Virus record (IMG/VR): IMGVR_UViG_3300023180_000017
From: a virus
Length of the DNA stretch: 64,000 nt
Direction: 5' to 3' (one strand)
Below are positions 35,788 to 45,598 of this stretch, one piece after another. The notes below the pieces were generated by a model. The model did no database searches. It was not told the origin of the DNA and worked only from the letters and a program-made list of their open reading frames with translations. Each line of letters opens with the position of its first letter. Positions within the stretch are counted from its first letter, which is position 1. Both the position numbers and the translations under genes were made by a program.

Positions 35788-36856
35788 TTTAGAAAGTGTA
35801 GAGAGTAGATATACTTCTCAGTGGAAAGAACACTTTCCTAAAATGATAAAAGAACAGGGACTTGAAGTTACAGTAATTGATGGTCCTGAACACATTGCGG
35901 CATGTACAACACCTGGTGCATTCTTAAACTTTTCTGGAACTAATGTATATAAATCTGTACAGGTAGAAAAGTTTTCTAAATTATTCTCTAACAACGAAAT
36001 TAATCCTGGCGATCATTTTGTTTTTGCTGATGCTTGGCATCCAGGTATTATTAATCTAAAATATATGTCGGAACTGTTAAATGTTCCAATTAAAATACAT
36101 GCACTTTGGCATGCTGGTAGTTATGACCCCGCAGACTTTTTAGGCAGACTTATAGGCGATGCTCGTTGGGTAAGAAACTTTGAAAAGTCTTTATTTGAGG
36201 CAATCGATTTCAATTACTTTGCTACAGACTTTCACATTAGGATGTTCTTTGAAAACTTATTAGATGTAGATGAAAGAACGGGTAGAATTAGATACATGCC
36301 GAGTGGTAAAGTTACTAGAGCTGGTTGGCCTATGGAATATGTCTCAGAGCAAATTCAGCCTGCAGAACAAAAAGAAAACATTGTTCTTTTTCCTCACAGG
36401 TTAGCACCCGAAAAGCAAGTAGATATTTTTAATGCACTGTCTTGGGAAAGTGAATATGAATTTATTACATGCCAAGATAAAAACTTAACTAAGGATGCTT
36501 ATCACAAATTGTTGGCAAGGTCCAAGGTTGTTTTCTCAGCAAACTTACAGGAAACATTGGGTATAAGCTGTTATGAAATATTGCACGCAGGTGGAATACC
36601 TTTGGTTCCCGATAGACTAAGTTATACTGAAATGTATCCAGATATTTTTAAATATCCTTCAGAATGGACAACGAATGCTAAAAACTTTTTAGTAGAATAT
36701 AAAACTCCTATGAAGGAAAAGTTACAATGGTTGATTGAAAACTTTGATAGTGAAGAAGTACAAACGGCAATTGAAACTACTAAACAACACCTTTCTGAGG
36801 AATATTTCTCAGCAAACAACATATATAAAAATTTAGGAGCAATAAATGCAACATAG
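35771..36856 (+). CDS. GT-B fold glycosyltransferase
   Basis: DAWHPG; WHAGSYDP.DFLGR; FPHRLAPEKQ; LQETLGIS..E; PDRLSY.EM (GT4-like Ex7E). Confidence 0.8.
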   Translation: MIYLIDLESVESRYTSQWKEHFPKMIKEQGLEVTVIDGPEHIAACTTPGAFLNFSGTNVYKSVQVEKFSKLFSNNEINPGDHFVFADAWHPGIINLKYMSELLNVPIKIHALWHAGSYDPADFLGRLIGDARWVRNFEKSLFEAIDFNYFATDFHIRMFFENLLDVDERTGRIRYMPSGKVTRAGWPMEYVSEQIQPAEQKENIVLFPHRLAPEKQVDIFNALSWESEYEFITCQDKNLTKDAYHKLLARSKVVFSANLQETLGISCYEILHAGGIPLVPDRLSYTEMYPDIFKYPSEWTTNAKNFLVEYKTPMKEKLQWLIENFDSEEVQTAIETTKQHLSEEYFSANNIYKNLGAINAT

Positions 36857-37301
36857 ACATTTGTCAACAAAAACATACGGACACAATGAAGGACTTTCCT
36901 GTGTCTTCAGACAACCCAATGCTACACACAGTCATTGTTCTTTGTTGCATGGTTACGCACTATCTTTTAAATTTAAGTTTGGAACGCATGCACTTGATGA
37001 TAAGAACTGGGCAGTAGACTTTGGTGGGTTAAAGCCTTTAAAGGAATGGCTAAAAAATAATTTTGATCATACTCTTGTTGTAGACAAAGACGATCCAGAA
37101 ATAAAAGAATTGATGTCATTACAAGACAAAGGACTTGCAGTAGTAAATGTCTTACCAGGTGTTGGGTGTGAAAAGTTTGCAGAACAAGCATTTTGGTATG
37201 CAGATGGATTAGTAAAAGATATAACTAATGGTAGATGCTATTGTGTATCTTGTGAAGTTAGTGAGCACGGAGCCAACTCGGCGATATATGAGATTGATTA
37301 A
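36846..37301 (+). CDS. queD: 6-carboxy-5,6,7,8-tetrahydropterin synthase
   Basis: HCSLLHGY; VDFGGLK; FDHT; GCEKFA; SEHGANSA. Confidence 0.9.
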   Translation: MQHRHLSTKTYGHNEGLSCVFRQPNATHSHCSLLHGYALSFKFKFGTHALDDKNWAVDFGGLKPLKEWLKNNFDHTLVVDKDDPEIKELMSLQDKGLAVVNVLPGVGCEKFAEQAFWYADGLVKDITNGRCYCVSCEVSEHGANSAIYEID

Positions 37302-38356
37302 TGAAGGTTGCTCTAATTACGGACTTGCACTTTGGTGCAAGAAGCGATAATATACAGTTTGATGCCTACTTTAGAAAGTTTTATGAAAAAACTTTTTTCC
37401 CCTATTTAGAAGAACATGGCATTAAAACTATTTTCGATCTGGGAGACACGTTCGACAGACGAAAATATATAAATTACAATACACTAAAGTCTTGTAAGGA
37501 ATATTTCTTTGACAAAGCCAGGGACTTAGGTATTGATATTCATATGATTCCTGGCAATCACGACACTTATTATAAAAACACAAACGATGTCAACTCTCCT
37601 AACTTGTTATTACAAGAGTATGATAACATAATCATACACCAGGAACCTGAGGTAGTTGACTTAGATGGGCATCTAGTTTTAATGATGCCTTGGATATGCG
37701 GGGAAAACTATGAACAATCAATGGAACAGATTAAAAACACGCGCGCGAGGACTTGCTTCGGGCATTTTGAGTTCGCAGGTTATGACATGCTTCCTGGCAT
37801 GCCTAATCCTCATGGTATGGACCCTTCTAGCTTTCATAATTTTGAGCTTGTGGTTAGTGGGCATTTTCATCATAGGCATAGCAGAGGTAATATCACATAC
37901 ATGGGCAACCCTTACGAGATCACGTGGTCGGACTACGAAGACCCAAGAGGATTTGCCATATTTGACACGCATAAAGCAGAGCTTGAATATGTTAATAACC
38001 CGTTTAGGATGTTCCATAAATTATACTATGACGATAGTGGAGACTCTTGCGTTTCTGACAGTTGTGATTATAATGTTTTTAGTGGCAGCTGTTTAAAGGT
38101 AATTGTTACTAAGAAAACAGACTTTGCTAAATTTGATTCTTTTATAGATAATCTATATCAACAAAATCCAATAGAGTTAAAAATTATTGAAGACTTTTCT
38201 GAGTTTGAGGACGAGGCTATAGGCGAAGATATCAACTTAGAAGACACGATGACATTGCTAAAAGAATATGTAGATACGGTGTCAACAGATGCAGACAAAG
38301 AAAGATTAAAAAATCTTTTACAGACTTTATACATTGAGGCACAAGATTTCGAGTGA
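37301..38356 (+). CDS. gp47: Recombination endonuclease gp47 (Mre11/SbcD-like)
   Basis: TDLHFG; LGDTFDRRK; GNHD; GHFE; SGHFH; GNPYE. Confidence 0.95.
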   Translation: MKVALITDLHFGARSDNIQFDAYFRKFYEKTFFPYLEEHGIKTIFDLGDTFDRRKYINYNTLKSCKEYFFDKARDLGIDIHMIPGNHDTYYKNTNDVNSPNLLLQEYDNIIIHQEPEVVDLDGHLVLMMPWICGENYEQSMEQIKNTRARTCFGHFEFAGYDMLPGMPNPHGMDPSSFHNFELVVSGHFHHRHSRGNITYMGNPYEITWSDYEDPRGFAIFDTHKAELEYVNNPFRMFHKLYYDDSGDSCVSDSCDYNVFSGSCLKVIVTKKTDFAKFDSFIDNLYQQNPIELKIIEDFSEFEDEAIGEDINLEDTMTLLKEYVDTVSTDADKERLKNLLQTLYIEAQDFE

Positions 38357-40023
38357 TTTATTTTAAGAAGGTACGCTGGAAAAACTTTCTATCTACAGGA
38401 AATTCTTTTACAGAAATCCTTTTAGATAGAAGTCCTAATACATTAATTGTGGGTGACAACGGAAGTGGTAAGTCTACACTTCTAGATGCTCTAACTTACG
38501 CATTGTTTAACAAGCCCTTTAGAAATATATCCAAACCACAGCTCATCAATTCTATTAATAAGAAAAAACTTATGGTGGAAGTTGAGTTTGAGATAGGCAA
38601 GAACAAATACCTAGTTAGGCGAGGAGCATCTCCCAGTATTTTTGAAATAGAAGTTAATGGTGAAAGAGTAAATCAGGACGCCAACGTTAGGGACTATCAA
38701 AAGTATCTAGAAGAAGGCATCTTAAAACTAAATTACAAATCTTTTACACAGATAAGTGTCTTGGGTAGTGCTTCGTTCACACCTTTTATGCAATTACATT
38801 TAGGTGCTAGAAGAGAAATTATTGAGGATATATTAGATATCCAAATTTTTACAACAATGAATAAAGTGTTGAAACAAAAAATGGATAGCTTAAAAGAGAA
38901 GCTACGTTTTCTAGAAGGTGAGATTGAGATTGCTAAAGAGAAGGCAACACTACAGAAGAAATATATAGATACTTTAGAGACAAATAAAAAGAATCGTGTT
39001 AGCAAAATACAAGAGGATATAGATGCAACGCAAGAGACAATTAATGCACTTACAGAACAGGTTGAAAATCTCACAGAGCAGAAGACTTCATTGGGTGATG
39101 TTACAAAAAGAGCCTCAAAGTTTAATGAATACAGAAAACAAATTACAAGAAAACTCTCAGAAGCAAAAACAGAATTAAATTTCTATTCTGATAATGAGGA
39201 GTGTCCTACTTGTAAACAAGGTATTCCACATGAACACAGGCAAAAAATTACAGATGAAAAAATAAAGTCTGTAGAAGAATTTGAAAATGCTCTAACAGAT
39301 TTAGATGTTAAGTTAGAGGAACTTGATAAATTGTATGAGGAGTGGTGTGATATTGAAAGTAAGATACAAGATACACAAAACTCTATTATTGCAGACCAAA
39401 GAACAATACAGCGTCTGACTATTGAAAAGAATGAAGTAACCACTCAGGTTGCAGACATTGATGACGAGAAAAAGAAGTTAAAAGAACTTGCTAAAAATGT
39501 TGTAGGAAAGTCAAATGAAAAAAGTTCTTTGAATGAAGATAAACATTATCACGATATAGCAAGTTCTTTGTTAAAGGATTCTGGTATTAAAACTAAGATT
39601 ATTAGACAATATTTACCTGTTATTAATAAATTAGTTAATAAATACTTAGCAGCAATGGACTTTTTCGTACAGTTTGATTTAGATGAAACATTTAAAGAAA
39701 CTATTAAGTCCAGACATCGAGATAAATTTAGTTACGCTTCATTTAGTGAAGGTGAAAAACAACGTATTGACTTAGCACTTGTATTTACTTGGCGAACAAT
39801 AGCAAAGATGAAAAATAGTGCTAGTACGAATCTACTTTTATTGGATGAGGTTTTTGATAGCTCTCTAGATATAAATGGAACAGATTATGTCATGCAGTTA
39901 TTAAATACAATAGGCGAAGACACACATGTCTTTGTCATAAGTCATAAAGGTGATCAGTTGTTTGACAAGTTTAGAAGTGTAATTAGATTTGAGAAAAAAC
40001 AAAATTATTCTGTTATGGTATAA
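38353..40023 (+). CDS. gp46: Recombination ATPase gp46 (Rad50/SbcC-like)
   Basis: WKNFLSTGN; GDNGSGKST; CPTC hook; FSEGEK; LDEVFDSSLD; ISHK. Confidence 0.96.
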   Translation: MIYFKKVRWKNFLSTGNSFTEILLDRSPNTLIVGDNGSGKSTLLDALTYALFNKPFRNISKPQLINSINKKKLMVEVEFEIGKNKYLVRRGASPSIFEIEVNGERVNQDANVRDYQKYLEEGILKLNYKSFTQISVLGSASFTPFMQLHLGARREIIEDILDIQIFTTMNKVLKQKMDSLKEKLRFLEGEIEIAKEKATLQKKYIDTLETNKKNRVSKIQEDIDATQETINALTEQVENLTEQKTSLGDVTKRASKFNEYRKQITRKLSEAKTELNFYSDNEECPTCKQGIPHEHRQKITDEKIKSVEEFENALTDLDVKLEELDKLYEEWCDIESKIQDTQNSIIADQRTIQRLTIEKNEVTTQVADIDDEKKKLKELAKNVVGKSNEKSSLNEDKHYHDIASSLLKDSGIKTKIIRQYLPVINKLVNKYLAAMDFFVQFDLDETFKETIKSRHRDKFSYASFSEGEKQRIDLALVFTWRTIAKMKNSASTNLLLLDEVFDSSLDINGTDYVMQLLNTIGEDTHVFVISHKGDQLFDKFRSVIRFEKKQNYSVMV

Positions 40024-40031
40024 GGTATTAT

Positions 40032-40262
40032 ATGAAAGTTAAAATTTATGGTAAATTGCGTTGCACATTTTGTGATCAGGCAAAGATGACAAGCAACATG
40101 AAAGGGTTTGACACAGAGTATCTTTTATTAGATGCTGACTATACAATGGAAGAGTTCTCTGAAAAGTTTCCAGATGCTAGAACCTTTCCGCAAATCTGTG
40201 TTGGAGAAGATGAAAAGCATATCGGAGGCTATAAAGAGTTTAGAGAATTTTTAGATGAATAA
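40032..40262 (+). CDS. Glutaredoxin
   Basis: CTFC; RTFPQI; IGGY. Confidence 0.88.
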   Translation: MKVKIYGKLRCTFCDQAKMTSNMKGFDTEYLLLDADYTMEEFSEKFPDARTFPQICVGEDEKHIGGYKEFREFLDE

Positions 40263-40794
40263 AGAAGAATTACAATTACTGCCTTTTGGACATGAGCTAT
40301 TAAGAAAGACTCCTAGTCCTTTCAATTATGAGGAACACGATGCTAAAGAAGTAGCAAAGGTTCTTTTAGAGAGAACACAAGAGCTCAATGGTGCAGGACT
40401 CTCAGCTAACCAAGTAGGATTAGATATGGCAGTCTTTACTATTAATATTCCTCAAGCGGAAGGCTTTAATCGTATTCTATTTAATCCTTTGCTAGTATCT
40501 GTAAGTGATGAAACATCTATAGAAAAAGAGGGGTGTTTGTCCTTTCCTGGATTGTGGTTACATGTAAACAGGCCAACTGAAGCAACCTTTAGATATACAG
40601 ACACTGAAGGTAAAGAAGTCTTTGAAACATTCAAATCACTTGCAGGAAGAATTGCCTTACACGAATACGATCACATGTTAGGTAAAAATTTTACAATGCG
40701 AGTATCTAAATTTAAACTTGACAGAGCATTAAAAGCCTTAGACAAAAAAATTAAGCGTTTCAAAAGGAACATAAATAATATAAAAGGAGTCTAA
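40255..40794 (+). CDS. def: Peptide deformylase
   Basis: GLSANQVG; EGCLSFP; HEYDH. Confidence 0.93.
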   Translation: MNKEELQLLPFGHELLRKTPSPFNYEEHDAKEVAKVLLERTQELNGAGLSANQVGLDMAVFTINIPQAEGFNRILFNPLLVSVSDETSIEKEGCLSFPGLWLHVNRPTEATFRYTDTEGKEVFETFKSLAGRIALHEYDHMLGKNFTMRVSKFKLDRALKALDKKIKRFKRNINNIKGV

Positions 40795-40795
40795 G

Positions 40796-41167
40796 ATGGC
40801 AGATGATATGTTTGACTTTGGCTTTACAGCTGTAGATGATATTCCAACAACAATAACGGAACCTACAGGACCTGTTACAGCTAATATTGATGACAGCCAA
40901 TTACAAATTATTTTAGATAAATTAGAAAGACTAGAAGGTCTTGTTTTATCCTCAGACAATTCTGATATGATTAACGAGCACAGAACTTTATTAGAAGGAG
41001 ATGTGTCTTCTAAATTAAAGCAGGTTGAGGATTTGATATTACCGTTACTATATAATCTACAAAAGAATCCTGAAAAGGAATATATCCACTGGCCCAATAG
41101 AACGGCTGTTATAGATAAACAAATTGAAAAAATTAAGGCGGTAACTAGATACTATGAACGAATCTAA
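40796..41167 (+). CDS. Conserved T4-like hypothetical protein
   Basis: FDFGFTAVD; ILPLLYNLQKNPEKEYIHWPNR. Confidence 0.7.
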   Translation: MADDMFDFGFTAVDDIPTTITEPTGPVTANIDDSQLQIILDKLERLEGLVLSSDNSDMINEHRTLLEGDVSSKLKQVEDLILPLLYNLQKNPEKEYIHWPNRTAVIDKQIEKIKAVTRYYERI

Positions 41168-41714
41168 TGTCAATGTAAATGTAGAAGCAGGAATTTTTGA
41201 AAGAACAGGTGGTAGAGTTTTAGATTTTTATCTAAACGATACAATAGAAAGCCCTAAAGATTATGTGTTATGGAATCAGTCTATTAGATCAGCAGGCGAA
41301 AACGATTACATAATTTTTCATATTAATTGTTATGGTGGTGATATAATGACAACCATACAGTTGATGCGAGCAATAGGCGAATGTAAAGGAACCGTGGTTG
41401 CTTCTGTAGAAGGAGCCTGCATGTCAGCAGCAACATTCTTATTTTTAACGGCAGATGTTTGCGAGGTTTCAGAACATTCTCAGTTTCTAATTCATAATTA
41501 TTCAGCAGGTAATTGGGGTAAAGGAAACGAATTAATTTCAAGAGCACTTGCTGAACACGCTTGGGCTAATAATTTATTACATAGCGTTTACTCAGGGTTT
41601 ATGACTAAAACTGAGATAGATCAAGTTGTGGAAGGAAAAGACTTTTGGATGGATGCCAATGAAGTGATTAAACGTTTGGAAAAAAGAAATAAAAGTGGCA
41701 CAAAGAAAAAATGA
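41154..41714 (+). CDS. ClpP-like serine protease
   Basis: HINCYGG; ACMSAAT (Ser); LIHNY (His); KDFWM (Asp). Confidence 0.8.
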   Translation: MNESNVNVNVEAGIFERTGGRVLDFYLNDTIESPKDYVLWNQSIRSAGENDYIIFHINCYGGDIMTTIQLMRAIGECKGTVVASVEGACMSAATFLFLTADVCEVSEHSQFLIHNYSAGNWGKGNELISRALAEHAWANNLLHSVYSGFMTKTEIDQVVEGKDFWMDANEVIKRLEKRNKSGTKKK

Positions 41715-42409
41715 ACCTTGAAAATGAGGTCAAGGACTTTTATAGTAAAATAAAGTTTCCTGGACCATATACAATAGATAACTTTGATTACTATAACAAT
41801 GGATACACCAATAAATTTTTATCCATGTACGAACGTGCTATACAGGATAAAGAAAATATTTTAGATATAGGTTGTGGTACAGGGTTTATAACAAACTACT
41901 TGGCATATAAATATCCTAGTAAAAAGTTTCTTGGCGTAGACTTCAGTGATTCAATTGATTATGCAAAAGAGTTTAGTAAAAAACACAAATTAAAAAATGT
42001 AGTTTATGAAAAGAAAAACTTTTTTGATTTTGATAAACGTAAAAAATATGATTGTATTATAAGTAATGGAGTAATACATCATATGCCAATGTATTACGAT
42101 GCTATTATAAAAATAAAAAGCATGTTATCACAGGAAGGAACTTTGGTGTTAGGTGTTTATAATAAATTTGGAAAGATTGTCAAAAAAATTATTAACGTAA
42201 AATACAGATCAGAACTTTTAAGAAAAGATCAAGAAGAGGCACCGTTTGAAACAAGTTTTTCCAATAAAGAATTTATAGGTTATTTCTCTGACTTTGATGT
42301 TATAGAAATACATCCTAGTAAGAAGAACAATTTTGTAAATTTAAAAAATATATTAAATTACCGGAATGGTGGTTTAACAGTATACAGGTTTAAAAGGAGC
42401 AGTACATGA
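41711..42409 (+). CDS. Class I SAM methyltransferase
   Basis: ILDIGCGTG; GVDFS; YDCIISNGVIHH. Confidence 0.85.
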   Translation: MNLENEVKDFYSKIKFPGPYTIDNFDYYNNGYTNKFLSMYERAIQDKENILDIGCGTGFITNYLAYKYPSKKFLGVDFSDSIDYAKEFSKKHKLKNVVYEKKNFFDFDKRKKYDCIISNGVIHHMPMYYDAIIKIKSMLSQEGTLVLGVYNKFGKIVKKIINVKYRSELLRKDQEEAPFETSFSNKEFIGYFSDFDVIEIHPSKKNNFVNLKNILNYRNGGLTVYRFKRSST

Positions 42410-42852
42410 ACCGAGAAGCAGTATTTGAACAGTTAAAGATAGACGAGGGAGTAGTATATGAAGTATACAAAGACCACCTCGGATATCCTACTTTCGGAGT
42501 CGGACACCTCATCATTGAGGGTGACCCGGAATTCGGAAAAGAGGTTGGAACTCCAGTGGACGAGGAAAGAGTCCGGGAAGTATTTGATAGAGATTTGGAC
42601 CTTGCCATCGGAGAGTGTAACGCTTTATACGGCGAAGGGTGTTTTGGAGATTTTCCAGACGAAGTCCAACAAATTCTAGTTAATATGATGTTCAACATGG
42701 GTAGAACAAGATTAAGCAAGTTTAAAAAAATGAATGAAGCGTTAGTCAAAGGGGATTGGAAGACCGCCGCAGTAGAAGGTAGAGACAGTCGCTGGCATAA
42801 GCAGGTAAGTAATAGAGCAGAACGCTTAATGGTTAGATTGGAAAACGTTTAA
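42406..42852 (+). CDS. T4-type lysozyme (GH24 endolysin)
   Basis: LKIDEG...YKDHLGYPTFGVGH; NMMFNMG; DSRW..QV..RA.RL. Confidence 0.92.
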   Translation: MNREAVFEQLKIDEGVVYEVYKDHLGYPTFGVGHLIIEGDPEFGKEVGTPVDEERVREVFDRDLDLAIGECNALYGEGCFGDFPDEVQQILVNMMFNMGRTRLSKFKKMNEALVKGDWKTAAVEGRDSRWHKQVSNRAERLMVRLENV

Positions 42853-42870
42853 TTTTGGTCTCCTTGTGTA

Positions 42871-42899
42871 TTGACAAATGGTATTAAAACATTTATTAT
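42871..42899 (+). promoter_or_regulatory. Sigma70-type promoter
   Basis: TTGACA-17 nt-TATTAT upstream of 42924. Confidence 0.65.
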
Positions 42900-42923
42900 A
42901 TACAAACTAATTAGGAGATTTTT

Positions 42924-43283
42924 ATGAAAAAATTAGTTATTGCAGGTCTAGCAGCATCTTTAATAACATTGCCGGCAGAAGCGGCAGACACTAAAGATGT
43001 CATTGCCGGTGTTATCGGCGGAGTTTTTATTGGAAAAGCTTTGGAACGTCGAGAAGACCATCATCACCATGGTAACTCTAGCACGGTAGTTATTGTAGAT
43101 GGACATACTGTAGTGGTACCTAATCCGCATCATACACATTACACTTACCGAAGACGTGCCCATAGCCATTATGAGGCATACTCCAATGCGTTCCCTTGTA
43201 GCTCACAGTGGGCAGGATATCAAGGGTGCGGAAAGGTAGCAATTGAAGCCCTAAAGCATAAAGACTGCGATCATCAGCACTAA
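42924..43283 (+). CDS. Exported His-rich glycine-zipper protein
   Basis: Signal peptide MKKLVIAGLAASLITLPAEA; VIAGVIGGVFIG; EDHHHHG, HHTHY, HSHY, CDHQH. Confidence 0.7.
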   Translation: MKKLVIAGLAASLITLPAEAADTKDVIAGVIGGVFIGKALERREDHHHHGNSSTVVIVDGHTVVVPNPHHTHYTYRRRAHSHYEAYSNAFPCSSQWAGYQGCGKVAIEALKHKDCDHQH

Positions 43284-43360
43284 GTGCTTGATTTTATTAG
43301 GCAAAAAAAGTCAAAAAAATGCTTGACTTTTAGCGTAAAAGGTGCTATCATATAGACATA
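43281..43360 (+). promoter_or_regulatory. Early promoter cassette, copy 1: IHF-like box, phased A-tracts, TTGACT-17 nt-TATCAT
   Basis: TAAGTGCTTGATT (43281-43293); -35 at 43323; extended -10 TGC-TATCAT. Confidence 0.8.
43304..43354 (+). repeat. 51-bp direct repeat, copy 1 (copy 2 at 45629-45679)
   Basis: aaaaaagtcaaaaaaatgcttgacttttagcgtaaaaggtgctatcatata is identical in both copies. Confidence 0.92.
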
Positions 43361-43387
43361 ATATAGAAATGTGAGGACATTCTTAAT

Positions 43388-45598
43388 ATGTTAATAGAAA
43401 CAAAATCAATATTAGCAAAGCTGTTAGCGACCGAGGACCTTAAGATTGAACATCGTAATGTCCCTACCGCAGCTTTTGATCTCAAAACTCGTAAAATCGT
43501 ATTACCTAATTGGGGCGACATCAACGCTTCCTTGTACGATCTGCTTGTAGGACACGAAGTATCCCACGCACTCAACACTCCTCAACAAGGTTGGCATGAC
43601 GCTATTGTAGACGATCAGCGCCTTAAGCCTTTTCTTAATGTTGTTGAAGATGCTAGGATTGAACGTAAGATTAAGGCAATGTATCCAGGCCTTGTTAAGT
43701 CTTTTTACGAAGGATATCGAGAACTTTTCAATCGAGACTTTTTTGGTGTCAAAGATTTAGACCCCAATACACTTCCCCTCATTGATCGGATTAACCTACA
43801 CTTTAAAGTTGGCTCTTTTTTAAACATTCAATTTACAGATGCAGAACAATTGCTTGTAGATCGTTGTTTGAAAACCGAAACTTGGGAAGACGTAGAAGCT
43901 CTTGCTCAAGATATATACGGACAGGCTACAGAAGATCTAGAAAAAGACAAAGAAAGCTTGTCTTCAAACTTTAGCGACGAAGAACTTGAAGAAATAGACG
44001 AAGAAGATTTCGGTGAAATGACTTCAAACTTTGGCGAACAAGACGAAGAGTCCGAAGAAGAAGAGACCGAGGAAGAAGGTTCAACTTCAGGTGACGCTGA
44101 ATCCTCGTCTGAAGAAGAGGAAGAGCCACAGGACAATATGGCATCTAATAATGTTCGAGATGCAATCAGATCCGACGAGCCAACTTCACTTACAGATGAG
44201 GCATTTCGTCAGAACGAAGACAAGTTGGTTAAGAAAGAAAGCGAAAAGCATAGTTACTTTGATGTTCCTACAATGTCAAACTGGAAAGATCATCTAATTA
44301 CAGGTAAAGAAATTTACGGTGATATACACAAGGCATTCAATTTCTATGCAGATGGATGGCGCCAGGGCACCAAGATGAATAACGATGACTATGGCAACGA
44401 CTTGTACAAAGAGTTCCTTAGAACTAATACCAGCCATGTTAATCATATGGTTCAACAGTTTGAAATGAAGCGCAAAGCAAAGGTACTGTCTAAAATTCGT
44501 ATGAGCAAGACAGGAGACCTTAACGAAAACAAGCTGTGGGCATACAAAATATCTGAGGATTTGTTTAAGCAATCCACTATGGTTCCTGAAGGTAAGAATC
44601 ACGGCATGCTTATGTATGTAGATATGTCGGGTAGTATGCACAATCACTTTGCAGGCACCGTTGATCAGCTACTCATTCAAATTATGTTCTGTCGTAAAGT
44701 AAACATTCCATATGAAGTATATGGATTTACTACAGCAGATCTTTGGGGTGCTGAAGGCGAAAACGTATATGCCAACTCCCCCGAAATTGGTGAGGCATGT
44801 CTACAGACTTCAGACTGTAAACTAAGAGAGTTATTTAATTCTACTTGGTCTGCTTCTCAAACAAAAATGGCTATGAAACACATGCTGTTGCTTAAGCAAT
44901 GTTTTCTCAATCGCAAAGCATACCGAGATCAGAAAATTTGGTCAGAAGTTGCTACCAAACATCTAGATTTTTCAGGCACTCCTCTTAATTCTACAATTAT
45001 CTTAGGAATGCAAATTGCCAAAGAGTTTAGGCAGAAGCATAAGGTACAGGTATTGAATAGCATATTCATTACAGACGGCAGTGCTACAGACAGCTTGAAA
45101 TATAGAATCGAAGATGGTTCATATCCAGATTATATGAACACAGGTAACGTCACAGCACGCTACAAAGGCATTCACATTACTTCCAAGTATAACTATTATG
45201 CTAGAACTTGGGCTCAACAGACAGCTTGCTTGTTAGAAATTTACAAGCAATACACAGGTTCTAGAGTTGTGAACTTCTACCTAACTCATTGGAATAAGAA
45301 TTGCGTTGAAAACGAGTTTAATATTTACTATCGCATGAACAACCCTAAAGCTACCTGGACAGATTTTGAGGATCTCTGGAAAGATAGTCGTAGCAAAGGA
45401 ATGCTTGTTGTAAACGATGTTATAGGCTTTGATGCCAGGATACTCCTCAAGGGTGGATCAGCGCTCAATATTGAGGAAACAGAACTAGAAGTGAAATCCA
45501 ACAGTAAGGGCGATCTTCTCCGAGGCTTCCGCAATTTCAACAAGAATAAAGTACAGAACAAGGTGTTTTTGAATACCTTTATGGATATGGTAGCCTAA
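43388..45598 (+). CDS. Metallopeptidase-like/VWA (CobT-like) protein
   Basis: GHEVSH (HExxH), NVVEDARIE, acidic linker, DMSGS MIDAS, GTPLN, ITDG. Confidence 0.85.
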   Translation: MLIETKSILAKLLATEDLKIEHRNVPTAAFDLKTRKIVLPNWGDINASLYDLLVGHEVSHALNTPQQGWHDAIVDDQRLKPFLNVVEDARIERKIKAMYPGLVKSFYEGYRELFNRDFFGVKDLDPNTLPLIDRINLHFKVGSFLNIQFTDAEQLLVDRCLKTETWEDVEALAQDIYGQATEDLEKDKESLSSNFSDEELEEIDEEDFGEMTSNFGEQDEESEEEETEEEGSTSGDAESSSEEEEEPQDNMASNNVRDAIRSDEPTSLTDEAFRQNEDKLVKKESEKHSYFDVPTMSNWKDHLITGKEIYGDIHKAFNFYADGWRQGTKMNNDDYGNDLYKEFLRTNTSHVNHMVQQFEMKRKAKVLSKIRMSKTGDLNENKLWAYKISEDLFKQSTMVPEGKNHGMLMYVDMSGSMHNHFAGTVDQLLIQIMFCRKVNIPYEVYGFTTADLWGAEGENVYANSPEIGEACLQTSDCKLRELFNSTWSASQTKMAMKHMLLLKQCFLNRKAYRDQKIWSEVATKHLDFSGTPLNSTIILGMQIAKEFRQKHKVQVLNSIFITDGSATDSLKYRIEDGSYPDYMNTGNVTARYKGIHITSKYNYYARTWAQQTACLLEIYKQYTGSRVVNFYLTHWNKNCVENEFNIYYRMNNPKATWTDFEDLWKDSRSKGMLVVNDVIGFDARILLKGGSALNIEETELEVKSNSKGDLLRGFRNFNKNKVQNKVFLNTFMDMVA

